DNA of 64,000 nucleotides from Mytilus trossulus (Eukaryota): NCBI RefSeq assembly GCF_036588685.1, contig NC_086383.1, positions 27,404,001 to 27,468,000 of the forward strand, read 5' to 3'. Shown piece by piece: positions 14,658 to 26,100 of this stretch (position 1 is its first letter; each line of letters starts with the position of its first letter). The notes under the pieces were generated by a model. It saw only the letters and a program-made list of their open reading frames with translations, ran no database searches and was not told where the DNA came from. The position numbers and the translations under genes were made by a program.

Positions 14658-15351
14658 AGTAAACTTTGCCTGAAGGAGACGGAAATTTAGTACCTGGGTA
14701 ATTTATCAACATGGGGAATTAAAAAAAAAATATATGTAAATCACATCAGTTCAGAATCACTGACTATTAAGCTGATGATACCCTTGGGTATAGAAAGTCC
14801 ACCAGCAGCGATGTTGACCCAGCGCTAGAAAATGAAATCAACACTTGGCTAATTTCGTTTAGTGTGTTAATTATTAATATATCCATATTTAACCAATTTT
14901 TTCATATTTTGGCGGGATTTTTACGATCGTTAATACATACATGATTAACCTATTTTTATAACTTTTCTTTTGGCTTTTTACAATCTTTGAGAATTCTTGA
15001 TTGTACTGCTATATTTAACTGCAATAAAATATAATTAGATCAAAGGAGATATATAACAACAAAGACCAAGTGAACGATGGACCTAAGTAAATCAATTTTG
15101 ATTGATCATAGATAATACAGAAAAGGTGATCATAACATCTTTGACGAATTAAAATGAAAGAAAGAAAAAATGATTAAATTTTCATAGCCGTAGTTGTATA
15201 ATTTGTTTGAAGGTTTGCATTCTTGCGTTTGGTTTACTCACCACAACCACCCTCAAAATATTTTGAAAAATTAACACGATCTTTGGATTACTATTTTTAA
15301 ATTACTGACAATGCACTTACCTTATTAATAGGTGGAAAGGGGAACGCTTCT

Positions 15352-15620
15352 GAGCCCAGTTTCACGAAGCTGTCTCAGGACTAAGACATGTCGTAGGATG
15401 GTCTTACATATACGACATGTCTTAGTCCTAAGTGGGTTTCACAAACAAAGTGGTTCTAAATTAGGACATCTCGAGAGGTGTCTTATGATGGTCTTAGGAT
15501 AGTTATACGTTAATTTTTATAAATTACAATAATTCTTTATATTAATTTTGAAAAAACGGTCTGAGATATGTCCTAGTATAGTCATAAGAGGATCATAAGA
15601 CATGTCCTAAGATATATCTG
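15352..15620. mobile_element. Degenerate DNA-transposon/MITE fragment with internal inverted repeats
   Basis: GCCCAGTTTCACGAA-type start, a perfect 19-bp inverted repeat AGGACTAAGACATGTCGTA/TACGACATGTCTTAGTCCT, and recurrent AGACATGTC motifs. No matching second terminus found. Confidence 0.45.
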
Positions 15621-17013
15621 ATTACTGACGATTTCTGACTGATTGAGAAATAACCTGCGACTATAAAAAAAATCATTTTATTTTTATAATTTCACAGTTT
15701 CATTAAAAAAAAGAATTTACATTTAACTGCAATTTGACCCGCATTAATTAACGGTACCGATATAAAATACGTGCAAAAGTATGAAGTCACAAGAGAAATT
15801 ACATGTCTGAAGTTAATGTGCGAAAGTGATTGTTGCATAACGATCGACACTAGGTCAATAGCTCAAGTATTGCAAAATGCCAAATAGAGACAAGGTTGAA
15901 TACAAGTCATATTTTTTTTACAAAAAAGCTAGCCGTCTCATAGCTGATGGAATGATTCATGGTTTTGAAGTTGTAGGTTAATTCATGCATAATGGCATTG
16001 CATAGTAAATTTATACAGAAATTAAAAGTCGAATGTAATTTTGAGACCTTCAAATTAACTGCAGGGGAATATATAAACACCGGGGAAAATGGTGTTTTCA
16101 CTCCATCATCTGAATTTTTATATTTTTATCTGTCGGCATTTGTCATATTTTTATCCAACTGTTTCTGAATTTAAATGATTGATCCTCTGAATTCCGAATC
16201 TAGAAGTTTTATCATATGGATTCCGAGTTTCGATTTATCCTCCCATTAGCGCATTATTCTGAACTCCTAACTCAGATGAAATAATCCATAGATTCAGAAT
16301 TTTGAACCGGTACTTTAAGTTAAGAATTTTGTTGTATGTGTCTGAATTTTGAATTTGTATGTGGTACTCTGAATTTCGAATATAGACATACAGTTCTAGT
16401 ATGGATTTCGAAAAAAATTAAAAATGGAAATGGGGAATGTATCAAAGAGACAACAACCCGACCATAGAAAAAACAACAACAGAAGGTCACCAACAGGTCT
16501 TCAATGTAACGAAAAATACCCGCACCCGGAGGCGTCCTTCAACTGGCCCCTAAACAAATATATACTAGTTCGGTGATAATGAACGCCATACTAATTTCCA
16601 AATAGTACACAAGAAACTAAAATAAAAATAAAACAAGATTTACAAAGACCAGAGGCTCCTGACTTGGGACAGGCGCAAAAATGCTCCGGGGTAATGCTTA
16701 TTTATGTATTTTCCCTATGAGATCCGATTTTCCATTTTCGGGAATCGGAATGTTCTACCCATGCATAAGCAGAACAAGTAAGGTACGTTATAATAGGTTT
16801 TAATCAAAATTGCGAATTGAAATGAGGAATATGTCAGAGAGACAACAACACGATCAAAGAGCAGACAAGAGCCGAAGGCCACCAACAGGTCTTCAACGTT
16901 GGGAGAAAATTCCGCACCTGGAGATGGTTTTCAGCTGGCCCCTAAATTATTTTAAGGTATTATTTGTTGCTTCTTCTACAGGCTTCCATCATCAAATGTT
17001 TTTCCTTTTTCAG

Positions 17014-17202
17014 ATGAAGTCCATCTATTGTCTATATGCCATCATGCTAGCAGTTGCTACAATTTCAGAAGTTTACAGTGGAAAGTGTGAATTTATGTGT
17101 TTACGGAAAGCGATCAGATGTAAACGACAAAAGAAAGATTATTGCTGCGAAGAGTTTAAAAAGTGTGGACTAGAAAAATGTGGAGAGCCAGACTTAAGGT
17201 AA
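17014..17202 (+). CDS. Secreted cationic cysteine-rich peptide precursor, 62 aa (candidate defence peptide)
   Basis: The ATG at 17014 directly follows a polypyrimidine tract and CAG acceptor (ttttcctttttcag|ATG). Translation: MKSIYCLYAIMLAVATISEVYS-GKCEFMCLRKAIRCKRQKKDYCCEEFKKCGLEKCGEPDLR*. The first ~22 aa look like a signal peptide. The 40-aa mature part has 7 Cys and net charge about +5. The longer ORF-track entry (16810) starts in a SINE-like repeat. A possible donor AAG|GTAACA overlaps the stop, so the 3' end could differ. Confidence 0.7.
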   Translation: MKSIYCLYAIMLAVATISEVYSGKCEFMCLRKAIRCKRQKKDYCCEEFKKCGLEKCGEPDLR

Positions 17203-17304
17203 CAGACCATTTGTCATATCTTAAAATGACATGTTTATGCGAAAACTTTCACCAAGCAAGTTCTATATAAAAGAAAACCAAAATCAGATCGAAAATCAGG
17301 ATAT

Positions 17305-17380
17305 CTTGATAATTGCTGCAAAGAGTTCAACAAGTGTGGACTTGGAAAATATGAGGAACCAGGCCTCACGGTCATAAAAC
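17305..17380 (+). pseudogene. Degenerate partial tandem copy of the Cys-rich peptide C-terminal half
   Basis: Reads LDNCCKEFNKCGLGKYEEPGLT versus KDYCCEEFKKCGLEKCGEPDLR in the upstream peptide. Same reading frame, but separated by stops at 17200 and 17227. No signal peptide. Confidence 0.55.
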
Positions 17381-17522
17381 TTTCGAGCATGATTTTTGTA
17401 CTCAGACTCGAAAATCAACCAATCAAATTGCTTGATTTCATGTTTCGAGCATGATTTTTTGTACTCAGACTCGAAAATCAACCAACAAAATTGCTGGATT
17501 TCATGTTTCGAGCATGATATTT
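17381..17522. repeat. ~62-bp tandem repeat x2.3 just downstream of the peptide gene
   Basis: TTTCGAGCATGATTTTTGTACTCAGACTCGAAAATCAACCAA recurs at 17381, 17443 and (partial) 17506. Confidence 0.85.
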
Positions 17523-18140
17523 GTGCTCAAAGCACTGAGCAAAGTTTTATGCCTTCAAGGCAAGACCTTTGCATCACGTATAAATAAAAAAAGAGTCAGT
17601 GAGACAACCATTAATAAAATACTAAATGGTATAGAAGTTCAAACACGTTCCATTAAAAAAGATAAAACGCTAAGAAGGAAAAAAAAACAACAACAAAAGG
17701 CATATAAAGTTTAAAATCAGGATATCTTGAAAACTAGTCCGAGATTGCTTTGCCCTAAAACCCCAACAAAAAAGGTTTTCAGACTTCAGAGTGGACAACA
17801 TCCCCCAAACAAATTATAAAACAGTTGTCAGATGTCATAGATATATCGGACTAATTGAAAACTAGTCGGACCAACCAAGAATAAGACACTCGCATGTACA
17901 GAACGATATTCCCTAAACAGAAAATCAATATGTATTACCAGTTTAACACTTGATGACTTGAAAATGAAAATAACAAATAACTCACATGCAGAATGTGGCA
18001 GGGTTAAACATGGTAACGGGATCCCAATCATCCCCTTAACCTAAGACTGGTGCAGTTATATATCATAATAACGAACCATAAAAGTCAGTAGAAAAAGGCA
18101 GAAGGATAGGAATAGATACGAATAGAAATATATCTAATTA

Positions 18141-18260
18141 AAACACAGAGTTGACATGATCGGCTACTTGTACATCTTATTATAACACAGAGTTGACATG
18201 ACCGGCTACTTGTACATTTTATTAAAACACAGAATTAACATGACTGGGTGCTTGTACATG
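18141..18260. repeat. ~41-bp tandem repeat x3
   Basis: AACACAGAGTTGACATGA(T/C)CGGCTACTTGTACAT; a related duplication lies at 1718-1795 within the same larger repeat family. Confidence 0.75.
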
Positions 18261-18517
18261 CCAACAATGAAAAGACACCATGTACGGATCTGAGAGTACT
18301 CACAGTTACGCACTGCCAACTAGTTCAAAGCAGCCAATAACAACTAATAAAAAAAATCTTGCATCTAGGACACAATTATCAATCACTACACATCCACCAC
18401 CTGATAGATATAGTAAAAGACGTAATAAACATGCAGTCATAGAAATACATGACATATTGCAATGCCAAGATACAGGTATCAACAGATTGTAGGTTGTATA
18501 TATGTTCACTTTAATCG

Positions 18518-18775
18518 AAAGAGGGGCGAAAGATACCAGAGGGTAATTTAAACTCATAGATAAAAAATAAACTGACGACGCCATAGCTAAAAAAAGACAA
18601 ATAGAAAAAACAATAGTACAAAAGACACAATTTAGAAAAATTAAAGACGAAGCAACACGAACCCCACAAAAAACTCGTCGTGTTGCTCATGTTATTACAA
18701 ACCTGGTAAATAGTCTAACTCGGTAGGTCACATTCGTTGAAAAGGAACGGGATTGTAGTAACGACATAATGAATT
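18518..18775. repeat. Dispersed repeat family (AAGAGGGGCGAAAGATACCAGAGGG...AAACTGACAACGCCATGG)
   Basis: Copies at 35745-36005 and 58040-58120; reverse copies at 2990-3062, 32256-32430 and 54358-54563. Confidence 0.65.
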
Positions 18776-18777
18776 GC

Positions 18778-19080
18778 AACGGTGGCCTCGGGGAAGCATA
18801 CTCGACTCGAGTTGAGGAGGTCATGGGTTTGCTCTCGAACTAGGTAACCATTATCTATAAAATTTGAACTTCCAATTTCTTCGGTAGGCACACGGAACCA
18901 AGGAGAATACTTGTCTCTTTGTAGATATATTCGAAATGACGCGTTTCCTTGTGAACTAGCAATTAAAAATGTAACCGAGTATATCTCTTTTGAACAAAGA
19001 AGGTAAGGGTCATTATTGCACGACACCAACATGTTCTTGTCCGGATATGAATGAAATATTTGCAACTGGACATTAAACAA
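18778..19080 (+). mobile_element. Old tRNA-derived SINE-like copy (related remnant at 4195-4410)
   Basis: Degenerate tRNA-like head, GC-richer core and a GGACATTAAACAA tail. Confidence 0.4.
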
Positions 19081-21000
19081 AATTCATTTAACTATCTTTC
19101 TTGAAAAAGTACTGATGCAAAAAACATGCAAACGGTCTAATCTATTTAAAAAAAATGAATATTACATCTAAGCTATACATGTTATTTTTATTTCATCATT
19201 CCTTACACATATTATATGATTTCATTGTAGATGTGAAGATAAAAGAGGAAGCTGGAACAAAAGATATTACAATGATTTCGAATTATCACAAGAAGAAGAC
19301 GAAGATATGTCATTACCTTATTTTTAAAACATCAAAGCTTTTGCAGCATAACAATACGTGGTTATCATCTTCATTCACATTAAAATTTTGGAAATTAAAA
19401 GATCATCTTATCAGCATTTCAATTGACATTTTTGTTTTGAAGACACAGTTAAAATATATTGGAGTGGACACAGCAATTGGGACGTGAAAGCTTTTGCTAT
19501 TATATAATATATAAAACGTGCTTAAATTTTAAGGTGGATCGTTAAAAACTATTGAAATTTTATTGCATACTAATGTAGCCAAATTATATAATATAAAAGC
19601 GTGAAATGTTAAACATGGAATTTTGCTAGAAAAATAAATTGGTCAGGAAAATATGTTCTATGTTGAAGTATATTTATGAGGCTGTGTTTGGGTTTCACAG
19701 AATTCAAAATAACGGGCAACACATATATTGTTAGAAAAATGTACTGAATAGATAGTGTTCGTGGTTTCTATTCCGGGTTGACAAAAAAATAAATGTAGAA
19801 GTAAGAAAGAAGACACATTTTAACGTGTGCCCAAGTCTGGAACCTCTGGTCTCTGTTAATTTCATTTTGTTTATTGTTATTAAACATTTACAATGTTTGT
19901 GGCAACACGAGTTTAAACAAACAATAAAATTTGGAGGCCAGATGAAGAACACCTCTGGGTGCAGGATTTTCTCGGTGTATCGAAGACCCATTGGTGGCAT
20001 TGGGCTGTTATCTTTTCTTTGTTTGAACTGTTGTCTCTTTGACTTAATCATCATTTTCCATTCTCAATTTTACATGTATTTACAGGCTATCGAATACTAT
20101 ACTCGATAAAAGTCAGACAAGTACCACAGCGTAATACAGTACAAACAGAACAAAAAATCACACAAATAATTCTGAGAAACAAAAGCATAATAAAAATACA
20201 CAGTATATACGGGAACAAACCATATTAGCTTTCGTCTAATGACCTACATTATACACTTGTATATAAGGGTATGGAAAAAAATTGTTGTTTTTTTATATTT
20301 GAGATTTTTTTTCTGGCCCGTTAGTCTCTATTCTTTATTTGTTGTCTGTTATTTTCTTATTCTAGTAGTATAGAAGATAATTTGACAAAAGGTCAAAGGA
20401 ACAAAGAATAACCGTCATTCATTTTAGTACATAAATAAGGCCGTTAGTTTTCTCGTTTGAATTGTTTTACATTGTCTTATCGGGGCCTTTTCTAGCTGAC
20501 TATTTGCGGTATGGGCTTTTTTTATATATATTATAGGTCCTATTTCTCTATTCCTTAGTTATCGCACATTATTCTCTATTCTATATATTTTGGCTTCTGA
20601 ATCTTCGGTCTTTATTGTTTGCCTATTGATTCCAATTTTCATTCTTTTATTATGTTCAGTCCTTACTTTTAAACTCCACCCATAAATACAACTTGACGGG
20701 CGTCGAATTCACAATAGGATGTATATACTCATCATCCGAACACCTTAATATAATCCAAACCTTTGATAAATCTATATTTTATGCTGTACTTTTGTTGGCA
20801 TGTTAAAACTTGTGCAGTTGTAATGGACTTTTCTCCAGTTTGATGATCTCTTTTCATACAGCTCTTTGGTGGCTTACATCTGTTGTAAACTGAGGACACC
20901 ATTTAGGAGTCGAGATAATTGTATTGTATGTTAAACTTTGACGGCACCAATTAATGACTTTGGATTTTAATTGACAATGTCCCAATTTTAATGAAATGAC

Positions 21001-22861
21001 AGAAACCAACGTCAAATCAAACATTTAAAATCTGTCATAGGTTGTCTGCGCTTGCGCGTATATTTTAATAGCACCAGTTGTGAGTTGATGCCTTGAACAT
21101 AAGTGACCGTTATTCAATCAAAATGTACGTTACAAACGATGTTGAATTAGAATGGAACATTTATATAAAAAGTCTCTGATACTGCTTCTGAACCATATAT
21201 AATTCACATTTTGTTTGGTTTAAACTGAGACAGCTTTTTGAAATATTTAAGTCATAATTTGGGACTCTATAGACATTAATTAATAAATAAATATCATGAA
21301 TAATGAAAATACATTTCTAATAGTTATCAAAGGTACCAGGATTATAATTTAGAACGCCAGACACGCGTTTCGTCTACATAAGACTCATCGGTGACGCTCA
21401 TATCAAAATATTTATAAAGCCAAACAAGTACGAAGTTGAAGTGCATTGAGGATCCAAAATTCCAAAAAGTTGTGCCAATTATGGCTAAGGAAATCTATGC
21501 CTGGGATAAGAATATCCTTAATTTTCGAAAAATTCAAAAGTAAAAAAAAAGACCTTCACACTTTCTATTAAAATAAGGTTTACAAACCGTTTCTCTTAAT
21601 TTATTGATTTGTTATCTTCTATCAGGATATAATATAAACAAGGATCAACATTTTATACAAGACAATGAGTATACAAAAAAGACTAGATAAATACATTATA
21701 CATCCTTATAATTTAAGCAATAAGACAAACTTAGTTTAAACATATTTTATTTGCTGAATTAAAGCAAAATGGATTAGACACAAGTAAATCATACTTATGA
21801 AGTCTTCTCCATAATTCAATATAAATCTACAATAATAGTATAATATAATGGACATGCATTTAAAAAAATAGTTTATACAATATAATACTAGCTTTCATAG
21901 GTAAACAAAGATGAGAGAAAGTAAAAAGAGAAATCAACGTGAAATCAAACATTTAAAATTTGTCAAAGGTTGTCTGCGCTTGCGCGTATATGTTCATAGT
22001 ATCAGTTGTGAGTTGATGCCTTGAACATAAGTGACCGTTATTCAATCAAAATGAACGTTACAAACGATGTTGAATTAGAATAGAAAATTTATATTAAAAG
22101 TCTCTGATACTGCTTCTGAACCATATATAATCCCATTTTGCTTGGTTTAAACTGAGCCAGCTTTTTGAAATATTTAAGTCATGATTTGGGACTCTATAGA
22201 CATTAATTAATAAAAAAATCATGAATAATGAAAATACATTTATAAAAGTTATCAAAGGTACCAGGATTATGATTTAGTACACCAGATGCGCGTTTTGTCT
22301 ACATAAGAGTCACCAGTGACCCCCATATCAAACCATTTGTAAAGCCAAACAAGTACATAGTTGAAAAGTATTGAGGATCCAAAATTCCAAAAAGTTGTGC
22401 CAATTATGGCTAAGGTAATATATGCCTGGGATAAGAATATCCTTAATTTTTCGAAAAATTCAAAAGTTTACAAAAAGACCTTCACACTTTCTATTAAAAT
22501 AAGGTTTACAAACCGTTTCTCTTAATTTATTGATTTGTTATCTTCTATCAGGATATAGTATAAACAAGGATCAACATTTTATACAAGACAATGAGTATAC
22601 AAAAAAGACTAGATAAATACATTATACATCCTTATAATTTAAGCAATAAGACAAACTTAGTTTAAACATATTTTATTTGCTGAATTAAAGCAAAATGGAT
22701 TAGACACAAGTAAATCATACTTATGAAGTCTTCTCCATAATTCAATATAAATCTACAATAATAGTATAATATAATGGACATGCATTTTAAAAAACCCAGT
22801 TTATACAATATAATACTAGCTTTCATAAGTAAACAAAGAGGAGAGAAAGTAAAAATAGAAA
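21001..22861. repeat. Tandem duplication, ~928 bp x2
   Basis: 21001-21928 aligns along its length with 21929-22861, including an embedded retrozyme fragment in each copy. Confidence 0.92.
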
Positions 22862-23168
22862 AAGAAAGTTTGAGAAATTGTATACTTCTGTGACGATGTC
22901 TTGTGAATTGATGACAACGATGACGTTCCGTGTCAGTAATAATAACGCTCTATCAAGGCATAAGAAATCTGTTTGACCTTTTTATGAAATTTTGAACGTG
23001 TTTGAAAATTTGTTGAATATTTTGTTCGTTGGAAAGTTCCAAGTGTCCGCAAATTAACAGTTTTGTATCTAAGACAAACGTTAGAGGTAGTCAACTCATC
23101 TGACTTAGAAGTACACAATGAACGTTTAAATATGAGCGCAGAGATGCACACAACAAAGCTCTAGAAGT

Positions 23169-26100
23169 CTAATCTCCCCCACATCCTCCTCCGCATCCAC
23201 CGCCATCCCCTCCATAATCACCACCACCGCCATCATTTCCAGCATAACCACCATCTTCATTACCGGCGAAACCACCGCCGTCACCACCGCCGCCATAATC
23301 ACCAGTATAACCTCCACCATCCCCACCAGTAAAACTATCGTTGTAACCACCGCCATAGTCATCAGTGTAGCCCTCACCATCACCACCATAGTCATTAGTG
23401 TAGCCCTCACCATCACCACCATAAAAACCACCGTCGTCACCACCAAAATCACCATCTTCAAATTCACCAATATCACTGTCAGCATATCCATAATCCATGT
23501 TGTCACCGAAATCATAATCAGCGTAATTTATGTCCAAGGTGCCACCTTCATCCCAACCTCCCCAGTAACCACTGTAGGGATTTGGTCCCCATCCCCAACC
23601 CCAGTCCCAGCCCATACCTGGTCCAAAACCACCAAGGCCATATCCTATTGCAGCTCCAACTAGCATTCCTGAAAATGAAACACCATGCTATATTACTATA
23701 ACATGTAAAGAAGTGTAAAGAGAGAAAGCAACATTGTTACCTGGATTCTGATATACAGGAGCAAACCTTATTAGTTTTCGTAAAGGAGCTACATTATACA
23801 CTTTACTTGTATATAAGGGTATGGAAAAGAGTTTTTTTCAGTTTGTGAATTTTTTTTCTGGCCCGTTACTCTCTATTCTTAATTTGTTGTCTGTTATGTT
23901 ATGTTCTATTCTAAATCTTTTTCCAATATCCTTTACCGTTATACTTTATTCTTGATATTATATACCACACAATGACTCTCTATAGTGTCTTATTTTTAGT
24001 TAATTTTTCTCTATTGTTTTTCATTTGAGTAAAACGTTTTTACCTATTATTCTCCACTCAGTAAGCCCCATCCAGACCTTTCTTACGTAGTCGAGATGTC
24101 GAATGTAACGAGGCCCAATATTATTTAAGATTTGATATCCTTAATTTTTTTTAACTTGTGTTTAAAACATTCTTATTCTATTTAATTAATAAAAACTAAG
24201 TTAATCAGATTTAATATCATGCATTATTTTATGTGTACAAACTGTCACTACTCAGAATATGTTAATCTTTCTATATATAAATATAAACTGATCTTTATGA
24301 ATAATGCTTATGATCTTACACTAATATCAGAATATCATGCCAACATACCTGCCAAATGTTACTATTTTTGTGGGATTTCCCCCATGGAGGCTCCCAAATT
24401 GAAATTTTTAAAAGAGAAATTTTGACCACAGTTTTAAACAAAACAATTAATCTTACAATGGCTATTGGCTTGTAAAAGTATGAAGAAGTAAAGTAACAAC
24501 ATTATAATAAAATTGAAGGCACCACTTGATGGTTTTGTAGAATTATAAGAACCATCTTGTAGACAATGAGACTGTCATGAAAGTGAGAGGGTTAGCGCTA
24601 TAGAACCAGGTTTAATCCACCATTTTCTACATTTGAAAATGCCTGTACCAAGTCAGGAATATGACAGTTCTTGTCCATTCGTTTTTGATGCGTTTTGTTA
24701 TTTGATTTTGCCATGTGATTATGGACTTTCCGAATTGATTTTCCTCTAAGTTCAGTATTTTTGTGATTTTACTTTTTTTTGCACGTAAAACCCCATGGAC
24801 ATTTTGAAAAGTTGGCAGGTATGTGCCACCAATGTTATGTTACCTGTCGCCAAGTTTGAAGCACCACCACCGGATGTATTATGTGTGTGTACAATCAGAG
24901 GAGCGTTCTCATTTGGTGGATGGTCTGAAACAAAATATAGTGTTTTGGTGAACTTTGTGTATAAAACAAACAGTATCTTCAGAAAAAAAAGTGGCTACTG
25001 GCATCAGAAAGGTATTATTCATTTATTTATTTATTTATATAGATTAGACCGTTGGTTCTCCCGTGTGAATGGTTTTACACTAGCAATTGTGGCGCCCTTT
25101 ATAGCTTGTTGTTCGGTGTGAGTCAATGCTCCATGTTTAAGGCCGTACATTGACCTATAATGGTTTACTTTTTTTTAAAATTGTTATTTGGATGGAGAGT
25201 TGTCTCACTGGCACTTACACCACATCTTCCTATATATATTAAACAAATTACCATCGTATAAAAATCAGGGAAACGATTTTAAAATATCAAATTTCGCTGG
25301 AACGTTTTAATTTCGTTTTGAATTTTAGACATACTCTACGTTTAATACCATAGCTGCTTCTTCGATTGGCTGCAAACAATGAATGCTAGCTAGATTGATA
25401 CTGGTTGTTTGGTTATATAAAGCTCAAAAGTTATAAGTTGTTTGAATATTACGAAGCTTCCTCGGACGAAGAAGAGTTTGTTTAACTGTATTTGGTAAAA
25501 AGTTTAGGAAATTGTGGTCTTATGCTCTATAACTTCGTACTTTATTTGGACTTTTTAACTTTTTTTGATTCGAAAGTCACTGATGAATCTTTTGTAGACA
25601 TAACGTGAGTCTGGCGCAAATATTTAGTATTAATGATGAATTTATTTGACACAGTTTCCATTCTCAATTCTATATCTAGATGTACCTTCTATGGTTTGTA
25701 GTACTGACAGTTCGTGACATTGTAGGATGAAACTGGTACACTGGGTTGTACATTGTTGCTTGGAAGATAAGAACGAGCCGGTCTATGGGGAGGCGGAGGT
25801 AGCTACTATTGCTTGTCATACTTACAATTCGTGACATTGTAGGGTAGAACTGGTGCACTGGGTTGTACATTGTTGTTTGGAGGATAAGAACGAGCCGGTC
25901 TAGGGGGAGGCCGAGGTAGCTACTATTGCTTGTCATACTTACAATTCGTGACATTGTAGGGTAGAACTGGTGCACTGGGTTGTACATTGTTGTTTGGAGC
26001 ATAAGAACGGGCCGGTTTATGGGGAGGCGGAGGTAGCTACTATTGCTTGTCATACTTACAATTCGTGACATTGTAGGGTAGAACTGGTGCACTGGGTTGT

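Noticed and set aside
16810-17013. N-terminal extension of the 130-aa ORF
   Set aside because: It derives from a SINE-like repeat and intron sequence ending at the acceptor before ATG 17014.
23126-23515. 129-aa Val/Met-rich ORF; likewise 38364-38864 (+), 38378-38674 (-) and 38447-38650 (+)
   Set aside because: These are shadow frames of the Gly-rich terminal exons.
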